Source of the DNA: Kordiimonadaceae bacterium
GTDB lineage: Bacteria; Pseudomonadota; Alphaproteobacteria; Sphingomonadales; Kordiimonadaceae
Reading direction: 5' to 3'
DNA: 58,665 nt
Assembly (NCBI GenBank): GCA_030148905.1
Contig: JASBSO010000208.1
Coordinates: 1 to 58,665, forward strand
In this document: positions 17,957 to 26,867 of the stretch, in pieces
How the letters are laid out: every line of letters starts with the position of its first letter
How positions within the stretch are numbered: position 1 is the first letter of the stretch
Notes under the pieces: generated by a model
Database searches by the model: none
Seen by the model: the letters and a program-made list of their open reading frames with translations, nothing else
What the model was told of the DNA's origin: nothing
Translations under genes and position numbers: made by a program

Positions 17957-18552
17957 TGAGATCCGCCCTCGGGGAAGCCCCAAATCACCTTATCGCCAAT
18001 GTCAGGGCGCGGGCGTTCTGTCGGGGTGTCTTGCGGCGTGCCAAAGAAAATCAGCCCGGCGATTTGCTCGCCGTCCACCAATCCCAGCCCCTTGGCCACT
18101 GTTTGCGAATAGCTGGCCCAGCCGGTGAGCCACTGCGCGCCGTATCCCATGGCGGTGGCGGCGGTCAGCATATTCATGCAGGCCGCACCGGCGGACAAAT
18201 GCTGTTCCCATACGGGGATTGGGCGCTCCGCAGACGGGCTCGAGATCGCAACCACCAGCACCGGGGCCTGCGTTGCATAGCCGCGCATTTTCTCGGCGAC
18301 CTTTTCGTCTGCGGTCCCCTCGGCCACCAGCGCGTGCTGAATCAGGTCACCCAGTTTTTCCTGATCGTCGCCTTCCAGCACCAAAAACCGCCAGGGTGCG
18401 ATTTTGCCGTGATCGGGCACGCGCAGGGCGGCGCTCAGGATCGCCTCCATATCGGCGCGGCTGGGGCCGGGTGCGGCCATGTTGCGGGTCAAGACCGAAC
18501 GACGGTTGAGGATCAAATTGAGGGCGTCATCGCTCTTGGGGTTCAGGGACAT
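17953..18552 (-). CDS. nitroreductase family protein
   Basis: LNLILNRRSV N-terminus typical of the family. ATG at 18552 preferred over the TTG at 18597. Confidence 0.8.
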   Translation of the reverse strand: MSLNPKSDDALNLILNRRSVLTRNMAAPGPSRADMEAILSAALRVPDHGKIAPWRFLVLEGDDQEKLGDLIQHALVAEGTADEKVAEKMRGYATQAPVLVVAISSPSAERPIPVWEQHLSAGAACMNMLTAATAMGYGAQWLTGWASYSQTVAKGLGLVDGEQIAGLIFFGTPQDTPTERPRPDIGDKVIWGFPEGGSQ

Positions 18553-18648
18553 CACACTATCTTTCGTTTGTCGGCCTTCATTGGTGGCGCTTGCCAAAGC
18601 GCATGTCGGACGTTAGCAACTACGGGTGAAAAGCACGGGAGGATCGCC

Positions 18649-19935
18649 ATGACCAGTAAAATCTTAGCCAGCCTTGCGGCAGCCTTGATCGCATTTGCCC
18701 CCGCTTTGGCGGACAGCCCTGCGGTTGATCCAAGCACAGCCGCAGACCCGGCAACGGGAATTCGGGTGCCTGCAGGATACACAGCAACGGTCTTTGGCGA
18801 TCAATTCGGCTTTACCCGGCATATCGTTGTCGCCGACAGCGGCTGGCTTTATACCGCACTTCGGGCCCCGCAAGATGGCTTTGGTGGTGCTGCGCTTTAT
18901 GACAGCGACGGTGACGGGGTTGCCGACAAGGTCGAATATTTCGCCGAGGGCAGCCGCGGCTCGGGCATCGGCATATATGGCGGCTATCTGTATTACGGTG
19001 AAAACCAGCGGATTTTGCGCTGGAAACTGCCGACGTCGGGCGCGCCCAAGGGCGTGGGCGAGGTTGTCGTGGACGGCTTCCCGGCGCAGCGCGCGCATGC
19101 GGCCAAAACCATGGCCTTTGACGGGGCCGGGCAGCTCTATGTGAATGTCGGCGTGCCGTCGAACAACTGCATGGTCCAGCTGCGCACCAAAGGCAGCCCG
19201 GGTCAGGACCCATGCCCCGAGCTTGAACTGCACGGCGGTATCTGGCGCTTTGATGCGAACACATTGGGGCAAGATTTTGCCGCAGACGGGTTTCGCCATG
19301 CAACGGGGCTCAGGAACGGCGTGGCTATTGCCTGGAACCCGGTGGCGAGCGGGCTGTATGTTGCCCAGCACGGCCGCGATCAGCTTGGCCAGTTTTTCCC
19401 CGAATATTACAGCGATGCCGATAGCGCCGAGCTGCCGGCCGAGGAATTTCACCGCGTCGAAGAGGGTGACAATCTGGGCTGGCCCTACAGCTATTATGAC
19501 CACCGTATTGGCGCGCGCATGAAAGCCCCCGAATATGGCGGCGACGGCAAAACCGTCAGCGATATCGGCAAAAAGCCGGTTTTGGCCTTTCCCGGCCACT
19601 GGGCACCAAACGGGGTGACCTTTTTGAGCCACGGCGCGAACAAGGACCTGCACGGCGGGGCGCTCATCGCCTTTCACGGCAGTTGGAACCGTGCACCATT
19701 GGTGCAAAAGGGCTACCGCGTTGTCTATGTACCGATGGACGAAACCGGCAAGGTCACAGGGGACTGGACAACCTTCGTTGATGGCTTCCCCGGCGTTGAT
19801 GAAGTGGTCTCGCCCAGCGATGCCAAGCACCGGCCCATTGGCCTGGCCGAAGGGCCGGACGGTGCGATCTATATTTCGTCCACGGGCAGCCGCGACCACG
19901 CAGGCCGGATTTGGAGGCTGACCCGTGCGCAGTAG
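18649..19935 (+). CDS. PQQ-dependent sugar (sorbosone/glucose) dehydrogenase-like beta-propeller, secreted
   Basis: ATG at 18649 preceded by GGGAGGA. Signal peptide MTSKILASLAAALIAFAPALA. The 667-aa ORF in the track is an upstream extension with no supporting features. Confidence 0.75.
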   Translation: MTSKILASLAAALIAFAPALADSPAVDPSTAADPATGIRVPAGYTATVFGDQFGFTRHIVVADSGWLYTALRAPQDGFGGAALYDSDGDGVADKVEYFAEGSRGSGIGIYGGYLYYGENQRILRWKLPTSGAPKGVGEVVVDGFPAQRAHAAKTMAFDGAGQLYVNVGVPSNNCMVQLRTKGSPGQDPCPELELHGGIWRFDANTLGQDFAADGFRHATGLRNGVAIAWNPVASGLYVAQHGRDQLGQFFPEYYSDADSAELPAEEFHRVEEGDNLGWPYSYYDHRIGARMKAPEYGGDGKTVSDIGKKPVLAFPGHWAPNGVTFLSHGANKDLHGGALIAFHGSWNRAPLVQKGYRVVYVPMDETGKVTGDWTTFVDGFPGVDEVVSPSDAKHRPIGLAEGPDGAIYISSTGSRDHAGRIWRLTRAQ

Positions 19936-20320
19936 TGTGAGTTTTCTGGCCGCTTTGCTGCTGCTTTCGGGCTCTGTCATTGCCGAGGACGGTGAAGGCC
20001 GCGCGCTTTATGACGCGCATTGCGGCGCCTGCCACCAGCCCAATGGCAGCGGTGTGCCCTTTACCCAGCCCGCCTTGATCAAATCGCCCAAGTTGAACGG
20101 CGACAAGGACGTCACGCTGGAGATGATCCTGCTGGGCAGCGAGGCGGTCCCCATCGGCACAAGCGATTATTCGGGGGAAATGCCGCGCTTTGATGTGTTG
20201 AGTAATGAAGAGATTGCCGAGGTTGCGAGTTATGTCCGGACCCATTTTGAAAACGATGGCGGCGCTGTCAGCGTCGATGATGTGGCCCGGGCTCGCGCCA
20301 AATTTGCAGGCGGCGACTGA
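19925..20320 (+). CDS. c-type cytochrome
   Basis: 131 aa. Signal peptide and CGACH heme-binding motif. GTG start overlaps the end of the dehydrogenase gene. Confidence 0.85.
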   Translation: MRSSVSFLAALLLLSGSVIAEDGEGRALYDAHCGACHQPNGSGVPFTQPALIKSPKLNGDKDVTLEMILLGSEAVPIGTSDYSGEMPRFDVLSNEEIAEVASYVRTHFENDGGAVSVDDVARARAKFAGGD

Positions 20321-22313
20321 CGCACCGGAGGCATCGCCAGAACCGGCGGTCGAGACCATTGAGGTCACCTCGCGGCGTCTTGATATCGTCGCCGAAGGCC
20401 AGCAGCGCGTGGTCATTGCGCCGGATGATTTCCCGGTTCTGCGCATCGATGCCGCCCTTGCCAGCGTGCCCGGGGTGACGCTGTTTCGCCGCGCCGACAG
20501 CCTGACCGCCAACCCTACCATTCAGGGGGTGTCGCTGCGCGGAATTGGGGCCAATGCGGCGGGCCGTGTGCTGGTGACGCTGGACGGCGTCCCGCTCAAC
20601 GATCCCTTTGGCGGCTGGGTGTACTGGTCGGCCCTGGCACCCGAGGCGATTGAAAGTGTCGCTGTTCTCAAGGGCGGCAGTGCGGGAGCCTACGGCGCAC
20701 AGGCGCTGGCGGGCACCATCGCGCTGACCTCGCGCCCTATCGGTGAAACCTCGGCCTATGCGAGCGCCGAATATGGCAGCTTTGACACCACGCGCTTCAC
20801 GGCTGGCGGTGTACTGGCGGGGGACGGGGTCGGCGTGCGTGTGGACGCCATGACCTTCGATACCGACGGGCCGTTTTTGATCGATGAAGAGAGCCGCGGC
20901 CCGGTGGATTCGCGCGCCGCCAGCGACGCCGATGCGGTCAGCCTGGCGCTTGAGGCTGACCTCAGCGAAACCGTGAAGCTCTTTACGTCGGCGCGCTATT
21001 ACCGCGAAGAGCGTGACAACGGTTTTGAGCTGGCGGTCAACGACACCGAAGCGCTCGATCTCAGCACCCGGCTTTTATATGCAGGCGCAGACTATGATGC
21101 CGAGCTGACGCTCTATTACCGCAGCCGCGATTTCTCGAACATCTTTGTCGCCGCGCTTGAAGGGCGCACGGTCGAACGCCCGGTGCTGGACCAGTTCGAT
21201 GTGCCGGGTGAAGGCCTGGGCCTGCTGGCACGGGTCAAATGGGATCAGATCGAAGTGGGCGTCGATGCACGCCGCCTGTCGGGCGGCACCAACGAGTTGT
21301 TCCGCAATTTGGGGGCGGGCTTCACCCGCCTGCGCGAAGCGAGCGGCGATCAGTGGATTATTGGTTCCTATATCGAGACTTACGGCGAAACCGATCGGTT
21401 GTCCTGGTCGGCCAGCCTGCGCGGCGATGCGTACCGTGTCTTTGATGGCATTCGTCAGGAATTTGACCTGGAAAATGCGGGCGCGCTTCTTCTGGACAGC
21501 CCGTTTGAAGACCGCAGCGGCTTTTTGGCCACCGGTCGGCTCGGCGGCGAGGCGCGGCTAACCGATGCCATTCGTCTTTCGGGTGCGGCGTATCGCAGTT
21601 GGCGCCTGCCGACGATCAACGAGCTGTACAGACCGTTTCGGGTGGTCAACGATATCACCGAAGCCAATGCGGATTTGGAACCCGAAAAGCTTTGGGGGGT
21701 TGAGGCGACGCTCAGCTACCAGCCTGTCACCAATTTTCGCGCCAGCGCCACGGTGTTCCGCACCTGGCTTGAAGACGGCGTAGGCAATATCACAATCGGC
21801 TTTGGCCCCGGGGTGTTTCCGGTGGCGGGGTTTGTGCCAGCGGGCGGCAGCTTGCGCCAGCGCGACAATATCGACCTGACCATCACCGACGGGGTGGAAC
21901 TGTCGGCCGAAGCCGAGCTTGGCAATGGCCTGTCGGGCTATGCGCGCTATCTCTTTGCCGATGTGCGGATCAGCGATTTTGATGCAAACACGGCGCTTGA
22001 GGGGCTAACCCCGCCGCAAACCCCGCGTCACAGCGTAACCTTTGGTGTGCGCTATGCACTGCGCGGGGTCAGCTTGGCGGCTGATGGGCAGTTTCTCTCC
22101 AACGCATTTAATGACGATCTCAACACCCAGCGTTTGGGCAGCCTGTTTGTCGTCAATGTCGGGGTAGACGTGCCGATATCGGCGGGCATCACGCTCTATG
22201 GCCGGGTTGAAAATCTTTTTGACCGCAGGGTTGTGTCCAATGTGTCGGCCTTTGGCCTTGAGACCCTGGCGCGGCCCCAATTCGGGCGCATTGGCATTCG
22301 TGCCGATTTTTAA
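20232..22313 (+). CDS. TonB-dependent receptor
   Basis: Plug-domain motifs (IEVTSRR, VSLRGIG) and a C-terminal beta-barrel ending in ...RADF. Start is ambiguous (20205, 20232 or 20256). Confidence 0.85.
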   Translation: MSGPILKTMAALSASMMWPGLAPNLQAATDAPEASPEPAVETIEVTSRRLDIVAEGQQRVVIAPDDFPVLRIDAALASVPGVTLFRRADSLTANPTIQGVSLRGIGANAAGRVLVTLDGVPLNDPFGGWVYWSALAPEAIESVAVLKGGSAGAYGAQALAGTIALTSRPIGETSAYASAEYGSFDTTRFTAGGVLAGDGVGVRVDAMTFDTDGPFLIDEESRGPVDSRAASDADAVSLALEADLSETVKLFTSARYYREERDNGFELAVNDTEALDLSTRLLYAGADYDAELTLYYRSRDFSNIFVAALEGRTVERPVLDQFDVPGEGLGLLARVKWDQIEVGVDARRLSGGTNELFRNLGAGFTRLREASGDQWIIGSYIETYGETDRLSWSASLRGDAYRVFDGIRQEFDLENAGALLLDSPFEDRSGFLATGRLGGEARLTDAIRLSGAAYRSWRLPTINELYRPFRVVNDITEANADLEPEKLWGVEATLSYQPVTNFRASATVFRTWLEDGVGNITIGFGPGVFPVAGFVPAGGSLRQRDNIDLTITDGVELSAEAELGNGLSGYARYLFADVRISDFDANTALEGLTPPQTPRHSVTFGVRYALRGVSLAADGQFLSNAFNDDLNTQRLGSLFVVNVGVDVPISAGITLYGRVENLFDRRVVSNVSAFGLETLARPQFGRIGIRADF

Positions 22314-22412
22314 CAGATATACTCTTGTCTGATATATAAGGTCGATATATAGCTGATGGCAGGACCGCGTCCACCGAGAAGCGCGGCCTGCTATGACAGA
22401 CAGGAGAATGCG

Positions 22413-22667
22413 ATGCGAGGATTTCTGAAAACTGCCCCCGTGCTTGGGCTGGCCTTTGCGCTGAGCGCGTGTGTCTTTGCCGTTGGCGGCGACGGCTGGG
22501 ACGATGACCATGATCATCACCGATACCGCCATGGTACATCCTTGAAAATCGAGATTGATGATGACCGCCGGGTCGAGTTTGCCTGCCCCTCGGGCTATGA
22601 GGTGTTCACCCGCAGCGACGACGACGGCGCCGAGGAATATGGCTGTCGGCGCTCCGACGACGACTAG
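22413..22667 (+). CDS. small Asp/His-rich lipoprotein
   Basis: ATG at 22413 preceded by AGGAGA. Lipobox LSAC. Acidic/His-rich mature part (DDDHDHHRYRH). Confidence 0.55.
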   Translation: MRGFLKTAPVLGLAFALSACVFAVGGDGWDDDHDHHRYRHGTSLKIEIDDDRRVEFACPSGYEVFTRSDDDGAEEYGCRRSDDD

Positions 22668-22695
22668 ACTAAATTCATGCGATGAAAATGGTCGC

Positions 22696-23640
22696 TCAGG
22701 CTGCGTTCGCGCGGCCTGACATATCGGTATTGATCCGCAAAATGTCGCGGTAGCCCTGCACGATATTCATCCGCTCGCCGTACCCGCGGTCCAGCAAAAG
22801 CCGGTGCAACTGCGGCAGGCGGTAACAGGGGATATAGGGCATCATGTGATGCTCGATATGGTAATTCACAAAATAGGGGGCGCAGGTCATGCGCTCAAAG
22901 GCATTTGCCAGCGTCGTTCGACTGTTGAGAAGCGGGTCTTCGAGGTCGGGCACGGCGGCGTGTTCGGAAATATTGCGGATGCGCAAAAACGCCATTTGCG
23001 TTGTCGCCATCGGCACCAGCCACAGCAGCAGAAACAGGTCCATCCGCCCGGCCAGCGCAAAGCCCGCGATGAACACAGCATAAAACACCACACTGGGCCC
23101 GTAAAAACCCCAGAGGCGCGCGCCCCGGCCCTCGGGTGCGCCCCACAGCGCGCGGAACAATCCAATCTGCGTGCGGATGAAGGTGGCCCCCACAAGGTCG
23201 CGCAGGATTTTACGGGTCATCGACGCGGTGCTGACCGGAAACGGCGTGTAGAGATAATTTTCGGGGTCTTTGTCGGTCCGGGTAAAGCGGTGGTGCGCCA
23301 TATGGCGGCGGCGATATTCACCGAGCGAAATGATCATCGGGGCGGCCGCCAGCCAGGTTGTCAGGCGTTCGTTCAAACCGCGGGTTCTGAACAGCATGCC
23401 GTGCGAGCCCTCATGCATCAAAATCGCCAGGCCAAGCTGCCGCCCGCCGATCAGCACAACGCCAAGAAGCCAGGTGGCTATATTGGGAAAGGCGGAATAC
23501 AGCACCCAACACAGCGCGGTCACCCCCCAGGCATGCGCCAAAAGCCACAGGCCCCACAGGTCCGAGCGCTGGCGGAGGGTGTGGCTTTCGTCGGTTGAGA
23601 GCACATCCGAGGGTTTGATATGGGTCCACTGGGTTGACAT
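22696..23640 (-). CDS. fatty acid desaturase family membrane protein
   Basis: Three histidine boxes: HEGSH, HMAHHR, HIEHH. Start taken at MSTQWTH (23640); the ORF track extends to 23787. Confidence 0.8.
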   Translation of the reverse strand: MSTQWTHIKPSDVLSTDESHTLRQRSDLWGLWLLAHAWGVTALCWVLYSAFPNIATWLLGVVLIGGRQLGLAILMHEGSHGMLFRTRGLNERLTTWLAAAPMIISLGEYRRRHMAHHRFTRTDKDPENYLYTPFPVSTASMTRKILRDLVGATFIRTQIGLFRALWGAPEGRGARLWGFYGPSVVFYAVFIAGFALAGRMDLFLLLWLVPMATTQMAFLRIRNISEHAAVPDLEDPLLNSRTTLANAFERMTCAPYFVNYHIEHHMMPYIPCYRLPQLHRLLLDRGYGERMNIVQGYRDILRINTDMSGRANAA

Positions 23641-23820
23641 GCGGTCTATTATACGCCCCGCACGCGCTTCTGCCGACAGAAAATTCCACTTATTGGTCTG
23701 ATCATTCGCGCCGCAAGCGCAGCCTGCCGATTTTTTCTTGGCGTGGGCCAAGCGATACGCCATGCTCGCTTGCAACAAAAGGGTCATAGGTGATGGGCCC
23801 GATGTTGAGGGGAACTGTGT

Positions 23821-25383
23821 ATGACCGATTCAACCGCTGACAACGCAGGGGGCGCAACCACCGCTGCGGGTTCGCAAGCGCGCGAATTTTTGGGCCACCC
23901 GATTGGCCTGCCGATATTGTTTTTGACCGAGATGTGGGAGCGCTTCTCCTTTTATGGAATGCGCGGCCTGCTGATCTTGTATCTTACCAGTCATTTTAAG
24001 TTCTCAAGTTCGCAAGCCTCGCTGATTTATGCGGGGTATTTTGCGCTTGTTTATGTGTTGCCGATTTTGGGCGGCTATTTCGCCGACCGGTATCTGGGCA
24101 GCCGCAAGGCGGTCGTGTACGGCGGGATTCTTCTGGTATTGGGGCATTTGTCGCTGGCCTTTGAAGGGCCCACAGCGGCGAGCGCGGCCGAACGATCGGA
24201 CTTTTATGTCAATGTCTTCTACCTGTCGCTGGCGTTGATCATCACCGGCGTCGGCTTTTTGAAAGCCAATATTTCGACGATTGTGGGTTCGCTCTACGGC
24301 GAGAAAGACCCCCGGCGCGACGGCGGCTTTACGCTTTTCTATATGGGGATCAACACGGGTTCCTTCCTGGCGTTTTTGATCGTTGGCTATGTTGGTCAAA
24401 CCTATGGCTGGAATTGGGGCTTTGGCCTTGCCGGTATTGGCATGCTCATTGGCCTTGTGACCTTTTTGTGGGGACAGCAATTCCTTGAAGGGCGCGCAGA
24501 CCCGCCCAACCCCGATGATCTGAAGGTCAAGGTTTTTGGCCCCATCACCAAAGAAGGCGCGGTGTATCTGACCGGGGTGGCCATGGTGATCGCGATGTGG
24601 GTCGCGATGGTGTATCACGAGCTGCTGGGCGGCATTGTGAATGGTGTCGGCGTGGTGATGCTGTTGATCCTGATCGGCTATGCGCTCTTCAAATGTACAC
24701 CGGTTGAGCGCGACCGCTTGCTGGTTGCCTGTTTCCTCTTTGTGTCGATGATCGTGTTTTGGGCGCTGTTTGAACAACAGGGTGCGTCACTGACGCTGCT
24801 TGCTGACCAGCAGTTTAGCCTGGATATGGGCTTCATCACTTTGCTGCCGGCGCAAATGCAGGTATTCAACCCCCTGTTTATCATCCTGTTTGCCCCGGTG
24901 CTCGCCTGGCTGTGGGTGCGGCTGTCGAAAATGGGGATCGAGCCCAACACCATCGCGAAATTTGGCATCTCGCTGTTGATCATGGGCATTGGGTTCCTCT
25001 TGTTCTCATACGGGCTTGGCGCCGATGAGGGATCGAACAAAAGCGTGTGGTGGCTGGTGATGATTTACTTCTTCCTCACCATGTCCGAGCTGTGCCTCAG
25101 CCCGGTTGGCCTGTCGATGGTCACCAAGCTTAGCCCGCAGCGTATTGTCGGCCTGACGATGGGATGCTTCTTCCTGTTTATTGCGATGGGCAACTGGTTT
25201 GCAGGCTTTATCAGTTCGCTCGTTGGGGCTTCCGAACATGGCGGCGGCGCGGACTCAGCGGCGATCAGCGTCCCGGCGACGATTGAGCTGTTCACCAATA
25301 TCGCGATCGCATCGCTGGTGTTGGGGGTCATTTTGGTGATCCTGTCACGGCCCTTGAAGGCGCGCATGCACGGGGTGCATTAA
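23821..25383 (+). CDS. proton-dependent oligopeptide transporter (POT/PTR2 family)
   Basis: 520 aa. EMWERFSFYGMR (ExxER) and GGYFADRYLG motifs. Confidence 0.9.
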   Translation: MTDSTADNAGGATTAAGSQAREFLGHPIGLPILFLTEMWERFSFYGMRGLLILYLTSHFKFSSSQASLIYAGYFALVYVLPILGGYFADRYLGSRKAVVYGGILLVLGHLSLAFEGPTAASAAERSDFYVNVFYLSLALIITGVGFLKANISTIVGSLYGEKDPRRDGGFTLFYMGINTGSFLAFLIVGYVGQTYGWNWGFGLAGIGMLIGLVTFLWGQQFLEGRADPPNPDDLKVKVFGPITKEGAVYLTGVAMVIAMWVAMVYHELLGGIVNGVGVVMLLILIGYALFKCTPVERDRLLVACFLFVSMIVFWALFEQQGASLTLLADQQFSLDMGFITLLPAQMQVFNPLFIILFAPVLAWLWVRLSKMGIEPNTIAKFGISLLIMGIGFLLFSYGLGADEGSNKSVWWLVMIYFFLTMSELCLSPVGLSMVTKLSPQRIVGLTMGCFFLFIAMGNWFAGFISSLVGASEHGGGADSAAISVPATIELFTNIAIASLVLGVILVILSRPLKARMHGVH

Positions 25384-25384
25384 C
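25351..25384 (+). repeat. left copy of 34-bp direct repeat (last 10 codons + stop of the POT gene)
   Basis: cccttgaaggcgcgcatgcacggggtgcattaac matches 26768-26801 at 33 of 34 positions. Confidence 0.95.
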
Positions 25385-25397
25385 TGGAAATTGTCCG

Positions 25398-25432
25398 TTT
25401 GCCAGTCAATAAAACATTATTTGACTGGCAAA
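25398..25432 (+). terminator. hairpin at the left end of the islet (possible substitute terminator)
   Basis: tttgccagtcaa / ttgactggcaaa perfect 12-bp stem with an 11-nt AT loop. Only a short T-run follows. Confidence 0.4.
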
Positions 25433-25572
25433 TTTCATAGTGTGCATTTTGTGGCCGTCAAATATTTTTGCCGTTCAAAAAAATGAAAATTGGTTGACAA
25501 AAGCTTTTTTCGCTCAAAAATTGGAAGCCAACTGGCATTGTCATCCAAAAATTGAATTTTTGACGGGAAAAT

Positions 25573-26745
25573 ATGCATGGCCATTTGGATGTTATGACTC
25601 AAACCTTGAGCCCGCTTCTGTCCGGCTATGACGCTGATGGCGCTGTAAGGTACCATTATGGTGCCTTCCCTCCCGACCATATAAATTTTGCACACTTGAT
25701 GGCCCTGGCTATGGAAGCAAGTGCGGCTTTGGCCAGGTACGATCAAATGGTGCAAAGCTTGGCCAATCCCAGCCTTCTTATTGCACCGCTGTCGCGAAGA
25801 GAAGCCGTTGCCTCTTCTAGGATGGAAGGCACTGTTAGCACTTTAGATGCATTATTGGAGCTTGAGTCTGAACAAGGGGATGGCGAGGAGCACCCCTCAG
25901 AATTTAGGCGTAGCGAAACATTTGAAGTGCTTTTGTATACGCGGGCCATGCAAAAGGCAGAAATTGCATTACAAGCGGGCTATCCAATCAGCGAAACGCT
26001 TATTCGCGAGATGCACCAAACACTCTTGTCATTTGGGAGAGGTGCTTCGAAAAGGCCCGGCGAGTATAAAACCGAACAAAATTATCTAGCCGATACAAGG
26101 CAAAGAAAAATCCAATTTATTCCGATCTCGCCAAGTGATTTACGTCCTGCTATGCGAAATATGATAGCGTTCATGGGCGACACAAAAATTCCTTCGCTTT
26201 TTAGGGTAGCAATCGGTCATGTAGAGTTTGAAGCGCTGCACCCTTTTGATGATGGTAATGGCCGCGTGGGACGGATGCTTATCACGCTATATCTTAGCCA
26301 GTTGGGTCTAATCGGTGCACCGTATTTTTACATCTCGGGATATTTTGACGACCATAAAGACGAGTATATTGAGGCAATGCGGGCGGTTTCGCGCGACAAG
26401 GATTGGACAAGGTGGTGCCAATTCTTTTTTGAAGCGGTTAAAGGGCAATCCGAGTCAAGCTTATCAGTCGCCAATGCAATATCCTCACACTATGAAATTC
26501 TTAAGCCACAGGTTTCGGAATGTTTGGGCTCAAAATGGAGTGTTAAGGTTCTGGATCATATATTTGCATATCCGATTTTTACAGCTCCACAGTTATCAAA
26601 GGGTGCGGGGTTGACGCAGTCATCTGCAAACCGTTTCGTTAGGCATCTTCATGACGCCGGGATTATTGATATCCTTAGACTTGGCGCAGGACGTAGGCCG
26701 ACCCGTTACCGGCTGACCTCACTACTTGATATCGTCAGAAACTAG
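25573..26745 (+). CDS. Fic family protein (AMPylase-type Fic domain with N-terminal inhibitory helix and C-terminal wHTH-like tail)
   Basis: HPFDDGNGRVGR matches HPFx(D/E)GNGRxxR. The upstream SSRMEG matches the (S/T)xxxE(G/N) inhibitory motif. Alternative start at 25594. Confidence 0.9.
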   Translation: MHGHLDVMTQTLSPLLSGYDADGAVRYHYGAFPPDHINFAHLMALAMEASAALARYDQMVQSLANPSLLIAPLSRREAVASSRMEGTVSTLDALLELESEQGDGEEHPSEFRRSETFEVLLYTRAMQKAEIALQAGYPISETLIREMHQTLLSFGRGASKRPGEYKTEQNYLADTRQRKIQFIPISPSDLRPAMRNMIAFMGDTKIPSLFRVAIGHVEFEALHPFDDGNGRVGRMLITLYLSQLGLIGAPYFYISGYFDDHKDEYIEAMRAVSRDKDWTRWCQFFFEAVKGQSESSLSVANAISSHYEILKPQVSECLGSKWSVKVLDHIFAYPIFTAPQLSKGAGLTQSSANRFVRHLHDAGIIDILRLGAGRRPTRYRLTSLLDIVRN

Positions 26746-26767
26746 TCTGGGTTCTTTAGATAAGAAG

Positions 26768-26801
26768 CCCTTGAAGGCGCGCATGCACGGGGTACATTAA
26801 C
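26768..26801 (+). repeat. right copy of 34-bp direct repeat (displaced POT gene 3' end)
   Basis: cccttgaaggcgcgcatgcacggggtacattaac. The single difference (G to A) is a synonymous GTG/GTA change in the POT reading frame. Confidence 0.95.
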
Positions 26802-26818
26802 AATAGCCAACAGAACAG

Positions 26819-26847
26819 GCGGGGCTTAAGGGCCCCGCATCTTTTTT
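26819..26847 (+). terminator. rho-independent terminator (original POT gene terminator, now downstream of the islet)
   Basis: gcggggc / gccccgc GC stem, short loop, then atctttttt. Confidence 0.75.
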
Positions 26848-26867
26848 CAAAGCACGGGAGGGGACAT

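Larger units (their letters stand above)
25385..26767 (+). mobile_element. AT-rich 1.38-kb inserted islet carrying only a Fic gene (integrase-less, CIME-like)
   Basis: Bounded by the 34-bp direct repeats. Composition roughly 40-50% GC by hand count of sample lines, against about 60% or more in the flanks. It separates the POT stop codon from its terminator. Confidence 0.7.

Noticed and set aside
17932-18648. N-terminal 239 aa of the 667-aa ORF 17932-19935.
   Set aside because: It overlaps the nitroreductase gene on the other strand and has GC-artefact composition. A good SD, an ATG and a signal peptide occur at 18649, so the real gene starts there.
25435-25755. 106-aa minus-strand ORF at the left end of the Fic islet, considered as a possible antitoxin or partner gene.
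   Set aside because: It overlaps the Fic 5' region and promoter on the opposite strand. It has no SD and an implausible composition (Phe/Ile/Gln-rich from AT-rich DNA), so it is most likely spurious.
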